Shown in pieces: positions 9,371 to 19,000 of a stretch of DNA of 58,121 bases. Origin of the DNA: an uncultured Christensenella sp. (GTDB taxonomy: Bacteria > Bacillota > Clostridia > Christensenellales > UBA1242); assembly GCA_964439345.1 (NCBI GenBank), contig CAYTNS010000001.1, forward strand, positions 13,001-71,121, in the 5' to 3' direction. Below the pieces are notes generated by a model. It was not told where the DNA came from, did no database searches, and worked only from the letters and a program-made list of their open reading frames with translations. Each line of letters opens with the position of its first letter. Position 1 is the first letter of the stretch. The position numbers and the translations under genes are program-made.

Positions 9371-9967
9371 TTATTCTTCGTCGTCATTTTCATAGCATTC
9401 TATATCATCGGGATACATATGGTCTTTTACCCAGAATATTACCCATACAAATGCTACCAATATAATGCCGTATACTACTAGCATCATCATATTAGCCTTT
9501 ACATACATAATTAGGTCGCCTAGCCAAGTAAAGCAATGTGCCTCATATACAACACCTACTACTTCCTCTTCGCTTAGTATTCCATCGGGAGTATTACTAT
9601 TATCACCCTGTGTATACCAAAAACCATTTTCCCAAGCACTCTCGCTAAATCCCTCTTCATCAGGATTTTTAAGAATGTTATTATTAAAATCTTTTTTGCC
9701 AACTATTCTGTGGGTTAAATATATTCCACCCTTATTCATAGTAACAATATCGCCTAATTCTAGGTCGTCATATTCAGTTGGCGTTACCATAATCAAACTA
9801 CCTACAGGTAATGTCGGTGACATTGAGCCTGACGATACTATCATAAATTTGTAACCTAGAACGGTCGCAAATATTATAGAAATCAGCAAAGAATAGCAAA
9901 AAGCCTTGAATATTTTGCCAAGCAAACCCTTAAATATGCTATTTTTTTCTAGTCTATAAAATCTCAT
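9371..9967 (-). CDS. sipW: Signal peptidase I, archaeal/ER type (SipW-like)
   Basis: Catalytic-Ser box VSSGSMSPTLPVGS, His box LTHRIVG, the GDNSNTPDG box, and a C-terminal TM typical of SipW. Confidence 0.85.
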   Translation of the reverse strand: MRFYRLEKNSIFKGLLGKIFKAFCYSLLISIIFATVLGYKFMIVSSGSMSPTLPVGSLIMVTPTEYDDLELGDIVTMNKGGIYLTHRIVGKKDFNNNILKNPDEEGFSESAWENGFWYTQGDNSNTPDGILSEEEVVGVVYEAHCFTWLGDLIMYVKANMMMLVVYGIILVAFVWVIFWVKDHMYPDDIECYENDDEE

Positions 9968-10094
9968 CTTTTTTCCCTTGATATTTGTAATTGTATTATT
10001 TTATTTCCCTATCCACTCACTCCCAAAGACTGTACCTTTGAAAGTGAGTAAAATTAGGAATATTTTTTAAAATTTCTTTAATATTAATTAGGCT

Positions 10095-13000
10095 TTATTT
10101 AATAGTAGGATAATCTCCACTTACATCGTAACCTAGTGCAGACATCTTATCTTTTAGGTCATCTACATCATTAGCTTCAGTACCTATACCACTCATTAGT
10201 GTAACTCTATTTGAGCCTGCATAATCTTGGATAAAGTATACACCAGATAGATTGTATCCAGTAGAACTAGAACCATTTATACCGTAAGCATAGATATTTG
10301 TATTGCCCGAACCACTAGCATAAGTGTATCTAGCATAAGCGTAAGAATTAGAAAGTGTTACATTAGTATAAGTTGTATTCTTATCTCCTACTAAGCCTCC
10401 GATAGATATCTGTTTTACACCCGATGACCTAGCATCTACTATTACATGAGCTAAGCTATAGCAGGTATCGATAGTTACATTAGATACTTTAATAGAATCT
10501 ACTATGCCACCTACCTGACCACCTCTATAAACTCCATTGTTTGCATCGGCACTCCTATCGGTTACATATAGAGTTACATTGTAATCAACATAACACTTAG
10601 ATATAGTAGTAGCACCCTCGACGGTATCTACTATACCACCGATATTATTAGCAGTGAATGTTCCCGAGAACATATTGCCATCGCTATCTTTTTCGCCTAA
10701 GATTTTACAATTTGTAATAGTTGAGCTATCTCCCGAAGTCTTTCTAGCAATACCACCGATAACGGTTGATTTATTAGTAGCACCATCGTCTAATACTGTG
10801 ATATTAGCTGTGACGGAGGAATTAGTGATAGTTCCCTTATTATCTAGTACTAAGCCACCCACATAGATGCCGTCTGTTGTAATAGCCTTGATATCTATTA
10901 CAGATGGTTGAGAAGAATTGTAATCGATTGTACTATCTTCGTTATAAGTAGTCTTGGTTACAATATTTACATTGCTTAGAGTACCAGTATTATTGATAAC
11001 AACACCGGCTATCTGGTATTCACCCTTGCTACTAGTATCCTCTATCTCGTACTGGATTTGGAAGTCGATATTTTTGATAGTTCCCTTGTTATTTAGGATA
11101 AATGCTACATAAGTAGTCTTATCGTTATTAGCCTTTGGCTCTACAGATAGATTAGAAATAGTATGTTTGCCAAGGCCAAGTAGTCCACTACCATTGATAG
11201 TACCAGTAAAGGTATCTATCATCTCCCATTTTTCACTCATTACGATATCTGATTTTAATGCGTAATGACTATCAGGGTAATTTCTAATATTATTTAATTG
11301 AGTCTCATTATGTATTACATAAGGAATCTTTGGACTACCATTACCACTATAGAATAGACTGAATGAACCTCTAGGGCTAAAGTTATAAGTGCTAGACTTA
11401 TAAGAATTAGAAGATGTATTGACTGAATCGTAAGCAGTAGCAACTAATGCAAAGCTATAATTACTTGCAACCGATTTAACCTTGTAACTAGTAGGAGTCA
11501 TTATACGCTCTGTACCATTTTTATCTGTACCCCTATAAGCCATAACTAGCACTGTATCTCTAACAAATAGTGTATACGATTGGCTCCAACTCTGATAGTA
11601 ACTAACTATCTGTCTTTCCTTAATCTCATCGTAGTATAGATATTCTTCATCGAAGTCAGCATTTGTAGCAGTTCCTGCAAAATTAGCACTTTCCTCAGCA
11701 ACTGTGCCTGTCTTGTGAGCAGACTTAAACCAATCGTCCTTTTGTGAAGATGTTACATCACTAATCTTATATTCAATATTGATAACTATATTGTATCCAA
11801 CATATATATCTTCAACATTGGTCATTGACCATGTTAATGTACCTGTGCTAGGGTCATACTGACCATTGGCTGGTTTAGATGGAATAGCTACAACTAATCT
11901 ATCACTATAGCTACTGCTAATAGTTGCTCTGTAGTCGTCTTGGCTACCAATCTCGATAACCTTGCTATCATCGCTTGGGTCAACCTTGCTAATAGTTTCC
12001 CATAGTCCCGTCTCGGCATTATATGAACCAGTCTTTATATTACCAATTGCTTGAACAAAGGCATATACCTTAAGTCCACTATCGGTATCACTAACATTAA
12101 TATTTTTAAGTAGTGCATTCAATTTGAATTTAATCTCGTCCTCATTTGCTTCGAAATAATCGTTATTTGAGCCATCTAAGTCATTAAATACAACATCGCC
12201 TACTAGGTTAGGGTCGCTAATTCTAATGCTATAATTATTTTCACTATTTTTAATAATAGTATAAACATACTCAACATCTGCTAAGAAGAACTTTAATCTA
12301 TATGCACTAGCATCGCTAATAGTATTCCACGAAATCCTATTTTCTTCATTTGCATTTTTATTAATTACATTCTGTAGAACAGGAGTACTTAATTTAGTTA
12401 CATAGAATTTCTTCTGCTCGGAAGCTAGATAGAATTGTTTGCCAATATTTTCGGCATCATCGCTACTACCCTGTGTACCCTTGTACATAATGGTAATATC
12501 GTGTTTACCTACTTTATAAGTTTGCTCGTCAATCTCTGCACTATATCCCTCTTGATTCTCTAGAGTAATATCGGTAAAGTATGAATAAGATAGTATAGTA
12601 TTATCTGCCAAATCTACCTTGTTGCCATCAATTGTAAGTACACTAGCAGTAACCGATTGTCCTGCCTGTTCGTCACCCTCGGTACCCCACTCAAATACAC
12701 CTTCATTTACTCTAGGTACTGGTGGAGCAATCTTAGTAACACCGATAGGAGTAGAATAACTACTATTAATGTATCCACAATCAGCTACAGCAATAGCCTT
12801 AACCTCGATGCTAATACTACCTAAAACGGTATTTAGTATAGCGATTGATGGAGTATTATCGGTAGTTGCACTGATAGCACTCTTGCCTGAGAATTGATAT
12901 GCTATAGCATAGTTATTGATAATGTTATTGTATACAATGCCCTTGTTCCAAGCAATCTTGCCTGTATCATCTATTACAATGCTGGTTGGAATATCTAATC

Positions 13001-16000
13001 TATAATATCTACCAGTAGTAATAGTGGTGGTCTCAGTTGCATCGGTTGGGCTAATAAACATTGTCTTTTTATCGGTTGCTGTAGTATCGGAATCAAAGTA
13101 TCCCTTAGATATCTCATAATTAGGAACATCGTTTGAACCTACATTTTCTACATTTGTAGCAACTATATCTAGGCTATACTTATAGCCTTTTTTATTAAGT
13201 TCTACATCGCTATCTGGCTCGTAATAGGTTTGTCCTACTACTAATATATCTCTCTTAACAACCTCAGCTATTGCATTTTCCTCGCCGTCAACATCTACAT
13301 TAGTTGCCTTAAGAGTTAATTTATAAGCATTAGCATAAGGTACTGGTTTCCAAACAAATACACCTGCCAAATCGTTTTGACCTAGCCAGTAATCAACTTT
13401 CTTTACGTAGCTAGAGCCATTATCAAATTCGATTCTCTGGTCTATCTGTCTAGTAGCACTAGTTGTGCCTAATTTATAAGCATATATTTTATCCGATTCT
13501 GGGCTATCTATTACACCCCTATTATCACCTATTTCTTGCTTATAAATCGCATATCCTCCCGTTGGGAAAGATGCGTTATCGGTAAATGTATATTGATTAG
13601 CTCTAGCACCGTCTTGACTAGACAAATCAACTACTTTTATCCTCTTTTCGTATTGTAATCTATTGGATTCCACCTCAGATATAAGAGTTGCTTTTCTGCT
13701 AGGACTAATACCCTTAAAGGCATCTTCCTCAGCAACACCATCTAGGTATCTTAATTTTGCTAGTTCCTCGGTAACTATAGTTTGCTTAGACCATTCTCCA
13801 GCAGTCTCGTCCTCTTTTAATTCACCATCTTGGATATTAAGTGGACCATAGATTCTTAATTTTGTGCTGGTGGAATTAGTATTGTAATCCCAAGTCAATT
13901 GTCCATTTGTAACCTCTGGAACATCGGTTGTAAGGATAGTCATAGTATCACTAAACATATAGTTATTACTATTTAGGAATGCAACCTCTCCTTCCTCTTG
14001 AAGAGTGCTATCCTTGGTACCATTAGCTAGTATAAATAATCTGTATCTAGTATCTAGAGCAACTCTATTATTCTCGTCCTCGCCGTAGAATAATTCCTTG
14101 ATATCCCTAGAATATTTGTAATTATCATACACATTAGGGTCTTTATCTGCACCAGTTAAGTCGCCTACTGTTACACTAGCACTCACTCTAGTCTCGCTAT
14201 CCTTTGTAACAGCCCTTAATGTATAATCTTTGTGATAAGGCGAGGTTTCACCATCGTCTACTGCATTGATTACAGATAGTTCCCATAGTGCTTTACCTCT
14301 AGCAATATCATTTTTAGATGTAATGGTATCATATAATTGATTGCCATCGTCATCTAATTCTGGATTGCCCTCTTCATCTACTCTAGGTACTTGAGTAGTA
14401 ACACTATCGTACCAGCTCTTTGGAGTAGATAATTTATATGCAGTAAGTATGCCAGTCTTAGCACCATCTAGGACACTTTTTGAGTCTCCTACTGGGCTAA
14501 CATAAATTTCGTAGTAACCAGCATTATATTCGATACCTGCCGAATTGGTAACCGATGTAACCATATCATCTGGGTCGGCATCTGCATCGGTATTAAAATC
14601 GGTGTGGATAGATACATCATAAGTAAATTCCACCCTGTCGCCCGATTTGTAATCCTGTACAACTTCGCCTCTAGAATTTAGAACAACAGCATCGGTTGGT
14701 TTATCAATAGTATCGATGCCATTGATATTTAATTTAACCTTGTAGAAATGCTCTAGGGAAATGCTACCATAAGTTTCCTCATAAGCAGACTCACCTTTTG
14801 TAGCCATATCAATTAAATATGGAACAAATGTGGAAATATCTATCGCTGCTTTTTCACTAGCAGGAGCAATATCATCTTCATCTCCCTCATCTGGTGAAGG
14901 CTCTGGTAATTCTACTCCAGCCATATATGTCATAAGCTCGGTATATGAAATAGTCCAGCTAAGCATTCCGTCTTTTACTTTGTAATTGCCTAAAGCATTA
15001 GGTCTAAATACTTTAAGTGTATCGGAGTGAACGGCATCAGCGTCTTCCGATACTATGCCAATCTTAGGGTCGGTAACAGCTAAAACCTTAACTGTCCAGT
15101 AACCATTGCCTAGTTTATCGGTTAGTATGCCAGATAATGTGCCATCATTTAGGTCTAATTCTGTGCCATTTTTGTATACCTCGTACGAAGCTCCTAGTGC
15201 ATTAGAAAATCTAATCTTATAGGAATAAGCCGATGGTAAACTAGACCAAGTAAGTTTGCCTTGAGTAACCTCAGGGGCTGTCATATTAGCAATAAAATTA
15301 ATCTTTGCCTCATTACCAATATCGGATAAATCGGAACTTAATAATCCAAATACAGCATTGGTATTTCCAATTACCTGCATTCTAATATTGTATGAACCAA
15401 CTGGAATATTAGAAGACAATTCAAAGTATTGTTTTTCGCTAGATGGGAATGGCTCAACACTAGTCTCTATACTGCCATCTTCCTTTTCGTAATTAACCTG
15501 CAATTCTGCACTCTCTAGGTTAGGGTTTTCCCAATACAAAGCAGGTACACCCATAGAAACTACTGTACCGTCATCTCTAATAATAGAATCAGTTCTGCTG
15601 ATAGTTAAGTTCTTTAGGGCTTTTAATTTCTTAAATGAGAATGCTCCCGACCATTTGCTATTTAAAGCACCAGTCTTTCTAGACATAACTCTAACAGAGT
15701 AAATCTCATCACAAATATATGTAAATGTAGTAGAAGCATCTAGACCTTGGGTCTCAATATCTTCGTTATCGTCTGGGTCTACGGGCTCTGGAGTAACCTC
15801 GGTAGATAATACCTTTAGATTGGATATTCCTCCCTCACCCTCGGTGATAGTAGATGGGATAGAAACTTCTGCCCCACTCAATGTATAATCAAAGGTAGCA
15901 ACGATTGTACCGGTAGAATCTTTTACTTCTACGCTATATTTTTCGGCAGTCTCGACATTTACCCAAGTAAGTGCTCCCGACTTAGAAGAAACTGCAGTAG

Positions 16001-19000
16001 TAGTAGGTAATTTATCAAAAGTGTATACAGTAGACGCCTCACTACTCATTACACTGCCACCATTTCCAACAAATTGAATGGTTGTGCCATATACACCATC
16101 TTCATCAAATGATGCAATGCCTAGGGTGGAAATATCTATTGTATAATTGCCCTCACTAGTAAGTGATGCATATTCGGAGAATGCCATAGTAATAGTATGA
16201 ACATCTGCTCCAAATTCGTAACCCTCACTAGCACTAGGATTTTCTTCTCCCTCTTCTGGAGTAACTACTGTAACCTTGCCAACTTTAATTACAACTTGAC
16301 TAGGTTCGTTATTTTCTATTGCCTCATAAGCACCATACTCAAATACTCCACTTTCTCCTACATCTATGGTTACTAGATTGTGTAATTTAGTAACCTTGGT
16401 TGAAACGGAATTACTATTTAAGTATCCAGTAGTTGATATAATTGCTGTAATCTTATATTCATACTGACCAGCCTCGGTGATAGCATCTGGCTTAAATTTG
16501 AATACACCATCTACAAAATCAAATAGGTCAGCACTAGCAGGAGTATCGCCTCCCGAAATTAATCCCCCATCGTCTATTAGAATGTAGCAAACATAGTCTG
16601 AGCCATTCTTAGAAACCTTTAGGGAAGTCTTGTAATTATTATCTAGTAAAATCTCATATCCAGTAGCATAGATGGAACCTATCTCTACTGGTTTCCATTG
16701 TAGGTAATCGCCAACTTTAGCAAATTCTGAAACATTGGATAATTTATTGAGAGTATAAGCGTCACTAATATCGCTATCTACCGAACCTAAGAATGTTACA
16801 CCTATGGCAATCTGAACTTCACCACTAGATAATCCAAATAGATTGATTAAGTGATTACCCTCATTTACGGTATCGCTATATAGGCTAGATGGAATTAATG
16901 TTCTATCTTCGCCACTAACACTATACAATTGGATAGAATAATCTTTATCGGTAGCATAAGGGAATTTTAATAATCCACTAGCAGTTGTAATACTAGAGTA
17001 CTCAACCGATGCTAATTTAGTAATAGAAGATAGGCTTCCTGCCTCTTTTAGTATCACTCCACTACCCACAAAGTCTACAGTAGGAGTAATCTCAATAGTA
17101 TATTTACCTGCATCTTTACCTGCAAATGAAATATATTTTTTATCTAAATTTGTAAGAGTTAGGATATCCTCTGAAGCAACAGTCTTCCAAGAAGTATCAC
17201 TACCCTCATCTTTGTGATATCTAACCACGTAATCTGCTCCTGCTATGATATTCCAAGTAACCTTGTCGTCCATAGCACTAGCCATCAATTTACCGTTAAC
17301 TACAGTAATGAATATATTAGGGTCATTACCCTCAGCACTTTCAACTGAAGCACTACTAATAATATATGGATTATCTTCGCTGTATCCAGCAGTAGTACTA
17401 TTAGTACCGTATGCGATTAGGCAGAAATTATATTGTCCCTCTGCTAGGTCGGAAGGGATTAAATATTGCAATGAACCACTTGCTGGAATATCTAGAGTTT
17501 CGTTTGAATTAAAGATACTCTTATCACAAGTTAGTCTATATCCAGTAGCACGAGTAATTGCCTCCCACTTAAGGATTGGCTCACCACTCAAGGTTGTGCC
17601 TCTTTGTAAACTAGCAGTATCTAATTGAGTAGTATAGAATCTAGCACTAGCTTTACCTGCAAATTTAGAAGAAACTAATTCTAAGATTTCTATGCCAATG
17701 ATTTTGCCCTTGTACTTATATAAAATACTAGAGATATCATAGGAATATGAATATCTATCTGCCGATGGAGTACCTTTGGATTGTTCGGTAAACTTGGTAT
17801 CTACTGCGCTAAGCACTCCATCAATATAGAATGTCAATTGATATGTTGCATCGTCAGTGCCTACTGGCTCTGAATCGGTTCTACCAGTCGTAGATAACCA
17901 GCTAAGTATGCCATTAGCATTCATACTAATACCTGTAGGAATTGCCGAACACTGGAAGTAAATTTCGGTCTCAATAGAATCTATCTTGCCTAGTATTCCT
18001 GTGCTACCAGTAGCACCTACAGCATAGATTTTGAATCCAACATTTCCCTCATCGCCAACATAATCTAGTATGCTATCGCCACTGCCGTCATTTACTTTTA
18101 GACTAGCTAGATTGATAGTAACATACTCACCCTCAAGTGAACCTTGAGTTTCCTCCGATACTTTATCTCCATCTGGAGTAATAATCTTGACTACATATTT
18201 ATCGCTAACGCTTACAAATTTTAAGCTATTTGAGCCTAGTAATTGAATATCAGCAATATTTGCTACTCTAGTGAAATTAACACTAGCAGTAGATGGAGAA
18301 GATATAGTAACCTTTGCACCCTTTACATTGCTATTTGCAACTAGTTTAAAGGAGTAATTACCCTCAGCCTCTAGATAAGCATTTATCATAGCATCGGTTA
18401 TATCGCTAGGAACTCTAGTATCTATCCTACATAGTATTACCCTGATAACATTATAAAGGCTAAATGTTCTATAGCCATTAGAATCGCTATCACCTAGTGG
18501 AACGATGTAATCGCCATCAACTACATCATCTAGGTTTGCCCCCTTTTTCAATGTAACCGATTGAGTAGCATTATCTTTAGTTAAATAAATGGTGTAATTA
18601 TTAATTTCGGTATTTTCTTTATCAGACGCATCTTCATAAACGGTTTTAAATTTAATTACACCCTTAGAAGAAACCGAACTATCTGATGGAGTAGAAAGTA
18701 CATTACAGTAAGATAGTGGATTATTGGATATCTTGCCAGTCAATGTCTTAACCCCTAAAGTGTATTCACCCACTAATCTAGCATAAATCTTATAAGAACC
18801 CGGTACTAATTGAGCATTGGTAATATCATAAGAAGTATTCTCTACTATTACACTTTTTGATAGAGTAGCATCTTCGATATTTACAAAGTAAAATTCTACA
18901 CAACCTGCGTTATCTGCAACAATTGAAATGATATTGTCGGAGATTGACCAAGTTGGGATATCAAAGCCCTCTTCGCCCGTCTCGGTTATGCCGGTAATTT

